Made by a program: the position numbers and the translations under genes. From Promethearchaeia archaeon (GTDB lineage: Archaea > Asgardarchaeota > Lokiarchaeia > Sigyniarchaeales > SOKP01): a DNA stretch of 64,000 bases. Below the pieces are notes generated by a model. It searched no databases. It was not told where the DNA came from and worked only from the letters and a program-made list of their open reading frames with translations. Of this stretch, positions 42,179 through 52,277 are shown piece after piece. Each line of letters starts with the position of its first letter. Position 1 is the stretch's first letter. The DNA lies in NCBI GenBank assembly GCA_029856045.1, contig JAHQWG010000016.1, forward strand, positions 224,001 to 288,000, read 5' to 3'.

Positions 42179-42291
42179 TGGTGAAGGAGGGGGGATTCGA
42201 ACCCCCGAAGGCCTACGCCAATGGAGCCTCGGTCCATCACCTCTAATCTCTTGACCTAAGCCAAGATTTGACCATGCTTGGCGACTCCTTC
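42179..42291 (-). tRNA. tRNA-Leu(GAG) with D-arm intron (21/22 at 42243-42267) and encoded CCA
   Basis: Acceptor stem GAAGGAG/CTCCTTC, anticodon stem ATGGA/TCCAT, long variable arm and GGGGG-TTCGAAT-CCCCC T arm. The BHB is GGTC/GATT with AA|A and AG|A bulges. Confidence 0.9.
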
Positions 42292-42504
42292 TCGATTTAG
42301 AATTTTTTAAAGAAATAAAGTCCAATTAATTATTTTAATAAAAAATTAAAAATTTTTCCAATTTATTAAGAAAAAAGAATATTTAGATTAATATCCGAAT
42401 ATGTTATTAATTTTTATCTAAAAAATTTTTATTAAAGTCTATTATATTTTACTTAATTTTTATTTTATTTACAAATATAACTAAAATTATATTAATTTCA
42501 TGTC

Positions 42505-43512
42505 ATGTCAATAAATAGAAAAAAATTAGAAGCTTTATTAAGATGGTATTTTAATACTGTTGGAGAAGATCTTTTAGCTTCAATAATTGTGGATAGAGAA
42601 GGACTGGTTCTAGCCTCACAATCTCGAGAAGATAAAATTGATGAGGAAATAGTTGGTGGTTTATCTTCACTAATCGAGCCTGTGTTGAAAAGAATTACAC
42701 AAGAATTTAGTTCAGGGAATTTTGGGACAGGAACATTTGATACAGAGGAATATAGACTAATCTTTTGCGAAGCTGGAGAGGATGCTGTTTTTATCTCAAT
42801 CTTGGATGGTATTGCAATGATTGATCCCATTTTTCCCTATGCATATTTAGCTGCAGAAAAAATTGCAAGAATATTTGATGGTCGAGAGGTAAGTCCCGTT
42901 ATACCAAATCTATATAAAAAGGTTGGGTCAGAAAAAATTACAAAAAAAGAAGGAAAAATTCAACAGATTGGCGTGAAATCGGAAGAATATGCTTATAAAT
43001 TAATTCTTGGCGGAGAAGGTGGTGTTGGTAAAACATCTATGGTAATGAGATTTGTTCATGATAATTTCCAAGAAAGTTATAAAGCAACAATAGGCACAAA
43101 CATTATGAAAAAAGAATGTGAATTTATGGATTTGAATACAAAAGTTCGTTTCATCATATGGGATCTTGCAGGACAAGCTCAATTCGCTCGAGTTCGCCAA
43201 ACTTATCTACGAAATTCTGAAGCAGGATTATTAGTATTTGATGTAACGAGAAGAGATACTTTTAATAAAATTAAGAATTGGCATGAAGAAATATTAAAAG
43301 ATTCAAAGAAAACATCATTAGTTTTAGTGGGAAATAAAATTGATTTAATAGACCAGAGAGATGTAACAAAAGAAGAAGGAGAAGCACTAGCAAAAGAATT
43401 GGATCTCTCATATTTTGAAACTTCTGCGAAAGATGGTACTGGGGTAGATGACGCATTTAAAATGCTTGCACTCCAAATGATTGATAAATATATTATCGTT
43501 AAAGAAGTATAG
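42505..43512 (+). CDS. roadblock/LC7 domain fused to a Rab-like small GTPase
   Basis: N-terminal SIIVDREGLVLAS roadblock pattern; G1 GEGGVGKT, G2 TIG, G3 WDLAGQ, G4 NKID, G5 ETSAK. Confidence 0.92.
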   Translation: MSINRKKLEALLRWYFNTVGEDLLASIIVDREGLVLASQSREDKIDEEIVGGLSSLIEPVLKRITQEFSSGNFGTGTFDTEEYRLIFCEAGEDAVFISILDGIAMIDPIFPYAYLAAEKIARIFDGREVSPVIPNLYKKVGSEKITKKEGKIQQIGVKSEEYAYKLILGGEGGVGKTSMVMRFVHDNFQESYKATIGTNIMKKECEFMDLNTKVRFIIWDLAGQAQFARVRQTYLRNSEAGLLVFDVTRRDTFNKIKNWHEEILKDSKKTSLVLVGNKIDLIDQRDVTKEEGEALAKELDLSYFETSAKDGTGVDDAFKMLALQMIDKYIIVKEV

Positions 43513-43518
43513 TAATAA

Positions 43519-43610
43519 AGCCTCTGGAGAGATTTGAACTCTCGACCTTCTGATTACGATTTCTGTGCTTAATAAGCATATCAGACGCTATACCGCTAAG
43601 CTACAGAGGC
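43519..43610 (-). tRNA. tRNA-Thr(CGT) with 20-nt intron at 32/33 (43560-43579)
   Basis: Acceptor stem GCCTCTG/CAGAGGC, anticodon stem TCTGA/TCAGA and loop TT-CGT-AA after removing the BHB intron (TCTG/CAGA helix, AT|A and AA|T bulges). Confidence 0.9.
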
Positions 43611-43690
43611 ATTTACATAAATATCTTTAAAAATTAAATAATTATAATTCTATAGTAGTTATAAATTTTTTTTCAGAAAAATACATTTGA

Positions 43691-44731
43691 GTGGCAATGA
43701 AAGGATTAACTCTCAAAGAACTTGGAGAATCGAAAATCATTGAGATTATCGAACAATTGATTTTTGAAAACACCGGTGAAAAAATACAAAATGATGATGC
43801 TTTTTTTATGGATTTGAAAATTAAAGGTAATCTAAATCAAAATTACGTTGTTATTAATACCGATATGCTCGTCTCTACTTCAGATGTTCCCCATCAAATG
43901 ACCCCCTTTCATATCGGACGAAAATCAGTTATTATGAATATTAGTGATCTACTAGTAAAGGGAATCACACCGGTGGCAGTAATTATCTCTTTAGGACTTC
44001 CAAATGATATGATACTAACCGATTTTAAAGAACTTATGATGGGAATTATTGATACTTGTAAAAGATTTAATTTGAAGTATCTAGGAGGAGATCTTAATGA
44101 GACTAAAGATGAAATAATTATTAACCCAACTGTATTCGGATTCGGACAAAAAGATAAAATAATCTACAGAAAAGGAATGAAAATAGGGGATATTTTATGC
44201 ATAAATGGCTGTTTTGGTCTTACTGGAGTTGGATTCAATATTATTTTAAATAAATTAGGAGATTTTTCTGATCCAAATTACAAAATAGCAATCGATTCTG
44301 TTTTAAATCCCTCAATCAGCCATATAGAAGGTAAGATTTTGGCAAAAAACAAATTAGCGACTGCTAGTATCGATTCTTCTGACGGATTGGCAAAATCTCT
44401 AAAAGAACTTACTAAAACAAATAATAATCTTGGTTTTGAAATTAACCTAAATGATGTCCCAACAGAAAAAATTGTTAAAGAATACTCTGAAAAATTTAAT
44501 ATCCCTTTTGAAAAATTAATATTTAATGGTGGGGAAGAATTTATACATCTTTTCACAATTGCCCCCAATAATTTTAATAAAGCCTTACAATTAATTAAAG
44601 ATCAAAATGGGTATCTTATACCAATAGGAAAAGTAATAGCAGAAAATAAAATTTATATTATTAAAGATGATAAAAGAAATGTCCTAAAAGATTTTGGCTA
44701 TGAGCACTTTATAACGGTGCATGAAAAGTAA
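43691..44731 (+). CDS. thiL: thiamine-monophosphate kinase
   Basis: GE..II, DDA, NTDML, NISDL, GGDLN, IDSSDGL and GGEEF. Confidence 0.93.
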   Translation: MAMKGLTLKELGESKIIEIIEQLIFENTGEKIQNDDAFFMDLKIKGNLNQNYVVINTDMLVSTSDVPHQMTPFHIGRKSVIMNISDLLVKGITPVAVIISLGLPNDMILTDFKELMMGIIDTCKRFNLKYLGGDLNETKDEIIINPTVFGFGQKDKIIYRKGMKIGDILCINGCFGLTGVGFNIILNKLGDFSDPNYKIAIDSVLNPSISHIEGKILAKNKLATASIDSSDGLAKSLKELTKTNNNLGFEINLNDVPTEKIVKEYSEKFNIPFEKLIFNGGEEFIHLFTIAPNNFNKALQLIKDQNGYLIPIGKVIAENKIYIIKDDKRNVLKDFGYEHFITVHEK

Positions 44732-44810
44732 AGTAATTAATAAAATTTTTATTTTGTTTAATATTATATTGAAATCAAATCTATAACTTCTAAAGAAAAA
44801 AATAATATGA

Positions 44811-44884
44811 GGGCTTGTGGCGCAGTCAGGTAGCGCAACGGGCTTTTAACCCGCAGGTCGGGGGTTCAACTCCCCTCAAGCCCG
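44811..44884 (+). tRNA. tRNA-Lys(TTT), intronless
   Basis: GGGCTTG/CAAGCCC acceptor stem, GCGC D stem, CT-TTT-AA loop and TTCAACT T loop. Confidence 0.95.
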
Positions 44885-44969
44885 CTTAAAATCATCCTCC
44901 TAATTTAAAAAATAGACTTTCTCATGTCGATAAATTAATTAAATCATTATAATTTAAACAATAATAAGC

Positions 44970-45950
44970 ATGAAATTTCAAGATCAGCTCTTAATTAAAT
45001 CAGAATCACCAATAAACGAAGATTATAGTTGTAGACCTGAAGATCGGGATATCGAAACCTATATAAACTATGGAATTATTAATCTTGATAAACCAAAAGG
45101 ACCTACAAGCCATGAAGTGGTAACTTGGGTAAGAAAAATCTTAGGAGTGCAAAAAACTGGGCATGGTGGGACTCTCGACCCGAAAGTCACCGGGATATTG
45201 CCTTGTGCTATAGGTAAATCAACAAAAGCAGTCTCATACTTATTAAATTCAAAAAAAGAATATGTTTGTGTCATTTTCTTTCATTCTCCCATTTCAGAAA
45301 GACAAATTAGAAACTTATTTTCATTATTCACTGGAAAAATATATCAAAGACCTCCCTTAAAATCCTCTGTTGCGAGAAAATTACGGGTTCGGGAAATTTA
45401 TTATAATAAAATTTTGGAAATTCAAGGTCAATATGTTTTATTTAGAGTTGGTTGCCAAGCTGGCACCTATATTAGAAAATTATGTTTTGATCTTGGAGAA
45501 GCATTATGTAGCGGAGCCCATATGGTTGAGTTAAGAAGGACAAAATCTAGTGTTTTTGAAGAAAATAAAATATTAATTACCCTACAAAATTTAAAGGATG
45601 CAGTCACAATTTTTAGAGAGGAAGGAGATGAATATTATTTACGAAAAGTTATTCAACCTCTCGAGATAATCACTGAATCTTTTCCAAAAATATTCGTAAG
45701 AGATAGTGCTGTTGATGCACTATGTCATGGAGCAAATTTAACATCTCCGGGTATCTTATATGTTGATGCCTCAATTCAAAAAGGTACTGTAGTTGCTATC
45801 ATGACCCAAAAAAAAGAATTGATTGCTTTTGGAACAGCCTTAAAAAGTGGGATGAAAATTTATAAAGCAAATTCAGGTATAATGGTAAAAATCAATAGAG
45901 TCTTTATGAAAAGAAGAACTTACCCACGATGGACGGAATTCAAAAAATGA
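44970..45950 (+). CDS. cbf5: RNA-guided pseudouridine synthase Cbf5
   Basis: NLDKP.GPTSHEV, GHGGTLDPKVTG, GTYIRKLC and a C-terminal PUA domain. Confidence 0.96.
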   Translation: MKFQDQLLIKSESPINEDYSCRPEDRDIETYINYGIINLDKPKGPTSHEVVTWVRKILGVQKTGHGGTLDPKVTGILPCAIGKSTKAVSYLLNSKKEYVCVIFFHSPISERQIRNLFSLFTGKIYQRPPLKSSVARKLRVREIYYNKILEIQGQYVLFRVGCQAGTYIRKLCFDLGEALCSGAHMVELRRTKSSVFEENKILITLQNLKDAVTIFREEGDEYYLRKVIQPLEIITESFPKIFVRDSAVDALCHGANLTSPGILYVDASIQKGTVVAIMTQKKELIAFGTALKSGMKIYKANSGIMVKINRVFMKRRTYPRWTEFKK

Positions 45951-46573
45951 AAGATATAAATAATTCTCATTATTTTTCTAAATCCCCTCATTCAATCTTA
46001 AAAACTTATTCAATTTCAGAAAGTTTACGAGGACATTTGTATATATTTAAAACTTCCTCAGGGATTTTTAGCCATCGAAAAATTGATCTTGGAACGAAAA
46101 CATTTATAAAATACATGAAAATACCACCTAAAAATGCCTTACTTTTAGATATGGGATGTGGATATGGACCAATAGGTATTGTATTAGCGAAAGAAAATCC
46201 AGAAAGTACCATATACATGATCGATATAAACAGTAGGGCAATTTGGTGTGCTAGAGAAAATGTTAAAATTAATCATGTTAAAAATGTCAAAATCTTTAAT
46301 AATTCTTATTTTGACCCTATAAAATCTGAAAATTTAAAATTTGATGGGATTTATTCAAATCCTCCTTTAAAAAAAGGCAAAAAAGAGTTTTTAAATTTTT
46401 GTTATTTAATCCCTAATTATTTAAGAAAAGGAGGTACTTTTCAATTTGTTATAAGAAGAACAATTGGTGCAAAAAATATATTTGAAATTCTCTCAGATAC
46501 ACTCTCCGATATGGAAATAGAAATAAAATTTAAAAGAAGTGGTTATTGGATCTTTTTTTTAAAAAAAGGTTAG
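45947..46573 (+). CDS. class I SAM-dependent methyltransferase (RsmC-like)
   Basis: SGIFS...ID.GT, LDMGCGYGPIG and SNPP; the ATG at 45947 overlaps the cbf5 stop. Confidence 0.9.
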   Translation: MKDINNSHYFSKSPHSILKTYSISESLRGHLYIFKTSSGIFSHRKIDLGTKTFIKYMKIPPKNALLLDMGCGYGPIGIVLAKENPESTIYMIDINSRAIWCARENVKINHVKNVKIFNNSYFDPIKSENLKFDGIYSNPPLKKGKKEFLNFCYLIPNYLRKGGTFQFVIRRTIGAKNIFEILSDTLSDMEIEIKFKRSGYWIFFLKKG

Positions 46574-46650
46574 GGAAAGGAAAAATTTTTTAGATAAGGA
46601 TTATTTCAAAAATTATAAGACTATTTCTCTATTAAATTAAGTGATATCTT

Positions 46651-46908
46651 TTGGCTAAAAAAAAACTAGACGTCCTAAGGCACAACTTAGTCCCTAAACA
46701 CATCATATTAACAAAAGAGCAAACTAAAGATTTATTAAATAAGTATAAGATTAGAGTTGTTGACTTACCTCGCATTTTAAACTCAGATCCTGCTATTTTT
46801 TCAATTGGAGCAAAAGAGGGCGATATTGTCAAAATTTTAAGAAAATCCCACACAACCTTAGATGAAATTGAATATTATAGGTATGTAACTAAAGAAAAAA
46901 CTAGTTAA
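46651..46908 (+). CDS. rpoH: RNA polymerase subunit Rpo5 (RpoH)
   Basis: H.LVPKH, LPRI...DPA, GDIVKI.RKS.T and YYRYV. Confidence 0.97.
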   Translation: MAKKKLDVLRHNLVPKHIILTKEQTKDLLNKYKIRVVDLPRILNSDPAIFSIGAKEGDIVKILRKSHTTLDEIEYYRYVTKEKTS

Positions 46909-46966
46909 TATATAAATCTAAAATCTTAAATCAAGATTATTGTAAAATAAACTGCGTGAAGAAATA

Positions 46967-49900
46967 TTGAGTTTGGAAGAAAATTATTTAATAACCAATG
47001 AAGATGCTTGGTTAATTTTAAAAAATTTATTTAAAGAAAAAGGTTTAGTCCGTCAGCACTTAGATTCATATAATGATTTTATTGAGCATCAAATGCAAGA
47101 TATTGTAGAAGAGAGTTCTCAAGTGATACCTGATATCCCCGGATTTAAAATTAAATTCAATAAAATCCATGTTGGTCTCCCCATGATTAGGGAGGCTGAC
47201 GGTGCTACAAAAGAAATAACTCCTATGGAAGCTAGAATTAGAGAATTAAGTTACGCTGGTGATATTCATCTTGATATGATTCCAATTACCATTGATGAGA
47301 GAACTCAAAGAGAAGAACCTCAAGAAACGATAAAAATTTATATAGGCAAGCTTCCGATTATGTTAAAAAGTTGTCGTTGTCCCCTTCGAGAACTGACGGC
47401 TCAAGAGCTCATAAACAGAGGTGAAGATCCACTTGATCCGGGAGGTTATTTTGTTATAAATGGTACTGAAAGAGTATTAGTGACTCAAGAAGATCTTGCA
47501 CCAAACAGAATTTTAGCAGAAGTATCAAGTAAAAGCTCAAGCGCAACCCACCAAGCAAAAGTTTTTTCTACCAAGAATGGTTTTAGAGCACCTGTAACAA
47601 TTGAACGAAAAAAAGATGGAAATTTAAGAGTGTCTTTTCCTTCTGTACCAGGAAAGATACCATTAGCAATTCTTATGCGTGCTTTAGGACTTAAATCGGA
47701 TCGTGAAATTTTTGAAGCTATTTCTGAGAATTCGGAGATACAAAAAGAGTTAATTCCAGTAATAGATGTTGCATCAGAAATACAAGTTCATCAAGATCCA
47801 GAAAAATCTCTTCAAAATGCATTAGATTATATAGGAAAAAGAGTTGCGGTAGGACAAACAAAAGATTATCGTATTAAACGAGCTTGTCAAGTATTGGATA
47901 GATATTTATTACCACATATTGGTAATGAACAAAGCGATCGAATTAAAAAGGCATATTACCTTGGTCAGATGAGTCAGAAAGTTATGGAACTTTCATTAGG
48001 ATTGAGAGAACCTGATGATAAAGATCATTATGCAAATAAACGCCTTAAACTTGCGGGAGAATTATTTACTTCTTTATTTAGGGTTGCTTTTTTGAATTTA
48101 GTTAAAGATATTAAATATCAATTAGAAAGAATTGCGGTTCGAGGAAGAGCACCCAATATTAAAACTGCCGTAAGAGCAGATGTGATCTCTGAAAGAATTA
48201 GGCATGCGCTCGCCACAGGAAATTGGGTTGGTGGAAAAGCTGGGGTTAGCCAATTACTGAATCGAACTAATCATGTTGCTTCTCTGAGCCATCTTAGAAG
48301 AGTCGTCTCGCCTTTAAGTCGAAGTCAACCCCATTTTGAAGCACGAGATCTACATCCTACACAATGGGGGAAAATCTGTCCCAGCGAAACACCAGAAGGT
48401 CCTAATTGTGGCTTAGTTAAAAATTTAGCACTGGCATCAATAATTTCCGTAGGGACGGATGAAGAGATTATAGAACATATTTTAATTGATTTAGGCGTTA
48501 TCCCAATTGATGAGGTAAAAAACATAAAAGGAAATAAAATTAAAATATTTTTAAATGGAAGACTAATTGGAATTCATCAAAAACATAATCCATTAATAAG
48601 ACAAATAAGAGAAAAGAGAAGAAGAGGCGAAATTGACCAAACCGTTAATATTGCTTATTATAATGATTCAAATGAAATCCAAATAAATTGTGATGGTGGC
48701 AGAGCTACCCGACCATTATTTGTAATAAAGAATAGTGAAGTTTTAATAACTGAAGAAGACATAGAAAAATTGAAGAATGGAAAATATCAATGGTCTGATT
48801 TAATTGAGAAAGGCGTAATTGAATATTTAGATGCTGAAGAAGAAGAAAATGCACTTATTGCCATGTTCCAAGATGATCTAACTTTAGAACATACCCATTT
48901 AGAAATCTCACCTGCTGCAATCTTGGGTATATGTGCTTCAATTATTCCATTTCCAGAACATAATCAATCCCCAAGAAATACTTATGAAGCTGGAATGGTA
49001 AAACAAGCATTGGGTTTATTCTCAGCAAATCTTCACATAAGACTTGACACTAGAGGCCACACTCTACATTACCCTCAGATGCCATTAGTTAAAACTCATC
49101 CTATGGATATTATAGGTTTTGATAAACGTCCTGCTGGTCAAAACTTTGTTATTGCAATGATGTCTTATGAAGGATTCAATATTGAAGACGCTTTAATAAT
49201 CAATAAAGCATCTATTGAGAGAGGTCTTGCACGCAGTCATTTCTTTCGCACTTATGATGGAGAGGAGAGAAAGTACCCTGGCGGCGAGCTAGATAAATTT
49301 GAGATACCTGAAAGGGGAGTTAGGGGTTTTAAATCCGCAGAATCATACAGATTTCTCTCAGAATTCGATGGAATTATCGAACCAGAAACTCAAGTTGATG
49401 GTGGCGATGTATTAATTGGAAGGACTTCTCCGCCAAGATTCATAAAGTCTTATGGAGAGTTCGATTTATCTCAACCTAATCGCAGAGAAACTTCAATTAA
49501 TATGCGGCACAGTGAGAAGGGAATCGTAGACACTATCATCATTTCTGAAACAGTTGACGGAAATAAACTCGTAAAAATCAAAGTTAGGGATCTTCGGATT
49601 CCAGAATTGGGAGATAAATTTTCATCAAGACATGGTCAGAAAGGTGTTATTGGGTTAGTTGCAGCTCAAGAAGATTTACCATTTTCAGCAGACGGCATAA
49701 TTCCTGATATGATAATTAACCCTCATGCAATGCCAAGTAGGATGACATTAGGACAACTTTTTGAAGGTATTAGCGGGAAAATCGCATGTACTACTGGAAA
49801 AATCGGTGACGCAACAGCATTTGAGTGGAAGAATATTACTGAGTTACAGGAGTTATTATTGAAAGCTGGATTTGAGTTTAACGGGCGGGAGACACTATAT

Positions 49901-50347
49901 AACGGTATTACAGGTGAGAAATATGAAGTAGGTATTTATTGTGCACCAATTTATTATCAAAAATTGTATCATCTTGTTGCTGATAAAATTCACGCAAGAG
50001 CCCGAGGACCCGTGCAAATTTTGACCAGACAACCAACAGAAGGTCGTGCAAGAGAAGGAGGGCTAAGATTTGGCGAAATGGAGAGGGATTGTCTTATTGG
50101 ACATGGAAGTGCTCTACTTCTTAAAGAGAGATTATTAGATGAATCCGATAAAACAGTTGTATTAATATGTGAACGGTGTGGATTGCTTGCTGTATATGAC
50201 CGGAATCGTGACATGACTTATTGTCCAATTTGCGGGCAAGGCACTAAAATTTCAAGAGTAGTTTGTAGTTATGCTTTCAAATTATTAGTGCAGGAAATGA
50301 TGAGTCTTGGATTAGCCCCTAGATTAAAGTTAAAGGATAAAGTCTAA
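46967..50347 (+). CDS. rpoB: RNA polymerase subunit Rpo2 (RpoB), unsplit
   Basis: GGYFVING.ERV, ETPEG.NCGL, GDKFSSRHGQKG and RQPTEGRAREGGLRFGEMERD. Confidence 0.98.
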   Translation: MSLEENYLITNEDAWLILKNLFKEKGLVRQHLDSYNDFIEHQMQDIVEESSQVIPDIPGFKIKFNKIHVGLPMIREADGATKEITPMEARIRELSYAGDIHLDMIPITIDERTQREEPQETIKIYIGKLPIMLKSCRCPLRELTAQELINRGEDPLDPGGYFVINGTERVLVTQEDLAPNRILAEVSSKSSSATHQAKVFSTKNGFRAPVTIERKKDGNLRVSFPSVPGKIPLAILMRALGLKSDREIFEAISENSEIQKELIPVIDVASEIQVHQDPEKSLQNALDYIGKRVAVGQTKDYRIKRACQVLDRYLLPHIGNEQSDRIKKAYYLGQMSQKVMELSLGLREPDDKDHYANKRLKLAGELFTSLFRVAFLNLVKDIKYQLERIAVRGRAPNIKTAVRADVISERIRHALATGNWVGGKAGVSQLLNRTNHVASLSHLRRVVSPLSRSQPHFEARDLHPTQWGKICPSETPEGPNCGLVKNLALASIISVGTDEEIIEHILIDLGVIPIDEVKNIKGNKIKIFLNGRLIGIHQKHNPLIRQIREKRRRGEIDQTVNIAYYNDSNEIQINCDGGRATRPLFVIKNSEVLITEEDIEKLKNGKYQWSDLIEKGVIEYLDAEEEENALIAMFQDDLTLEHTHLEISPAAILGICASIIPFPEHNQSPRNTYEAGMVKQALGLFSANLHIRLDTRGHTLHYPQMPLVKTHPMDIIGFDKRPAGQNFVIAMMSYEGFNIEDALIINKASIERGLARSHFFRTYDGEERKYPGGELDKFEIPERGVRGFKSAESYRFLSEFDGIIEPETQVDGGDVLIGRTSPPRFIKSYGEFDLSQPNRRETSINMRHSEKGIVDTIIISETVDGNKLVKIKVRDLRIPELGDKFSSRHGQKGVIGLVAAQEDLPFSADGIIPDMIINPHAMPSRMTLGQLFEGISGKIACTTGKIGDATAFEWKNITELQELLLKAGFEFNGRETLYNGITGEKYEVGIYCAPIYYQKLYHLVADKIHARARGPVQILTRQPTEGRAREGGLRFGEMERDCLIGHGSALLLKERLLDESDKTVVLICERCGLLAVYDRNRDMTYCPICGQGTKISRVVCSYAFKLLVQEMMSLGLAPRLKLKDKV

Positions 50348-50482
50348 TAATTTTATTTTTGCTTTATTTTCCGTAATATCTAATCCTAAAAAAAAGAGAA
50401 TAAAAGACTGTTTTAATTTTTTTTAATTTTAAGTATTAAGGTTATTTTTAAAATTATAAAATGAGAATGAGTTGTGATATAA

Positions 50483-51343
50483 ATGAATAAAAAACAATTA
50501 TTTGGACAACGTGATTCTTTTCAAGAAACAAGAGTAAATGAAAATTACAAAAATCTTTCTTTTACAATAATTTTAGTGCAACCAGAACATTCTGGCAATA
50601 TTGGGAGCATCGCAAGGGTTATGCGCAATTTTGATTTTTTTAATTTAGTTGTTTTTAATCCCATTGAGCGTGAAGAACATATCCTTAGTTATGAAACACG
50701 GGGCTTCGCAATGCATGGTAAGGAAATTCTTCTAAATTCTGAAATTGTTGAGATTGGACCACCAAAATATCATACTTCTGAATTAAAAAATTATTTAAAA
50801 AAATTTGATTTAATTATTGCGACCACTGCTAGTGGTATGCGTTATACAAATCTTAGAAGATTAACAATATTCCCTGAAGACTTTTCCCTTCCTCTATCAA
50901 AAAAACCTCTCAATATTGCAATTTTATTTGGAAAAGAATCAAGGGGATTAACAAATGAGGAGATCAGTTTGGCTGATATTCTTTTAAGAATTCCAGCTAG
51001 TAATACCTATCCTACTTTAAATCTTTCTCATGCTGTAGGTATTATTTTATATGAATTTTATAAAAAAATAAATATTATAAATATTGGCAGAGGAAATAAA
51101 CCAGTATTATTAGCTAATAAGCAAGATCGCCTTATTATTTATAAAATCATAAGAAATTTAATAAAGCAAATAAAAGTCAGAACTCATAAAAAAGAAAAGG
51201 TATTTTATGCATTTAAAAACGTATTTGAAAGAGCAATCATGTCAAAAAAGGAATTAAATTTTATTCTAGGACTTTTTTCCAAATTAAATTCTATTATGAA
51301 TCACCTAAATATGGAAAAAAAAAAAAAGGAAATTTTGAAATGA
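50483..51343 (+). CDS. SPOUT RNA methyltransferase (TrmJ-like)
   Basis: LVQPE.SGNIGSIARVM.NF, LFGKESRGLTNEE and YPTLNLSHAV. Confidence 0.9.
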   Translation: MNKKQLFGQRDSFQETRVNENYKNLSFTIILVQPEHSGNIGSIARVMRNFDFFNLVVFNPIEREEHILSYETRGFAMHGKEILLNSEIVEIGPPKYHTSELKNYLKKFDLIIATTASGMRYTNLRRLTIFPEDFSLPLSKKPLNIAILFGKESRGLTNEEISLADILLRIPASNTYPTLNLSHAVGIILYEFYKKINIINIGRGNKPVLLANKQDRLIIYKIIRNLIKQIKVRTHKKEKVFYAFKNVFERAIMSKKELNFILGLFSKLNSIMNHLNMEKKKKEILK

Positions 51344-51347
51344 TATG

Positions 51348-51791
51348 TTACAATCCGACACCTGTATAATTATATAACTCAGGGAGGACACAGTATATTA
51401 AAAACAAGAAAAAGAATGTTATCAGAGATATCCATATTGAATGCTCCCAGGAATCAGTGATCAAGAATTTCACTAATAAAAATAAAAAGAGAAAAGCTAT
51501 AACAGGTGCTAATTGTACTAGAAAATTTTGTCCTGATGGATATATTGCGGTTCGAAGTCCTGCCAATAAATCTCCAATCACGCCTAAGACCGTAGTAATC
51601 GCCCCAACGACAAGTGGAATGATCAAAACCATAATAAAGGCGATTAATAAAATCATCCATTTCTTATCAGATGCCCGTAATTTAGAATCAACTAATCTTA
51701 CAGCGATATATAAAATCAAAGCGACAATAACTGTTGCTAACACAAGCCAAATAATATACCATATAGTAGCTTCACTTATTTGAAACAGCAT
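51348..51791 (-). CDS. hypothetical membrane protein
   Basis: About four hydrophobic helices. Confidence 0.7.
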   Translation of the reverse strand: MLFQISEATIWYIIWLVLATVIVALILYIAVRLVDSKLRASDKKWMILLIAFIMVLIIPLVVGAITTVLGVIGDLLAGLRTAIYPSGQNFLVQLAPVIAFLFLFLLVKFLITDSWEHSIWISLITFFFLFLIYCVLPELYNYTGVGL

Positions 51792-51918
51792 TTAAGTTCA
51801 CTATTATTTTTAGAATTTATATATACATAATATCCATTGAAACTTTAAATTTCATACTATTTTTAATAAATTAAAATAAAAATTGACTAATTATTTCTAT
51901 TTAAAAATAAGTTTCACT

Positions 51919-52107
51919 TTATATACCAAAATTAACTAGGAAGAAGTGAATCCCAAAACCCAAACTAATTGAAGAAACAACTATGGTAATAATATATAAT
52001 TTAATAGAAACTTCTGTACTATATTTAACATATAAAACCAGAACACCCAAAAAACCAATACCAATTATAATTAAAATCCAAGCCCATACGTAAATTTGAA
52101 TTATCAT
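51919..52107 (-). CDS. small hypothetical membrane protein
   Basis: Two hydrophobic helices; co-oriented with the preceding membrane-protein gene. Confidence 0.55.
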   Translation of the reverse strand: MIIQIYVWAWILIIIGIGFLGVLVLYVKYSTEVSIKLYIITIVVSSISLGFGIHFFLVNFGI

Positions 52108-52277
52108 TATATCATCATTGATTAAAAAAGATATGAAATAAGTATTATATCTATTTTTAATTTTTCAATTATATTAATTTTTTTTTATTCTTTAAAAGTT
52201 CAATAAAAGATAAAAATCAAATATTTTAAATTTCTATTTTATATTATTTCATAAGAATAATTTGAGGTTTAATTTAT

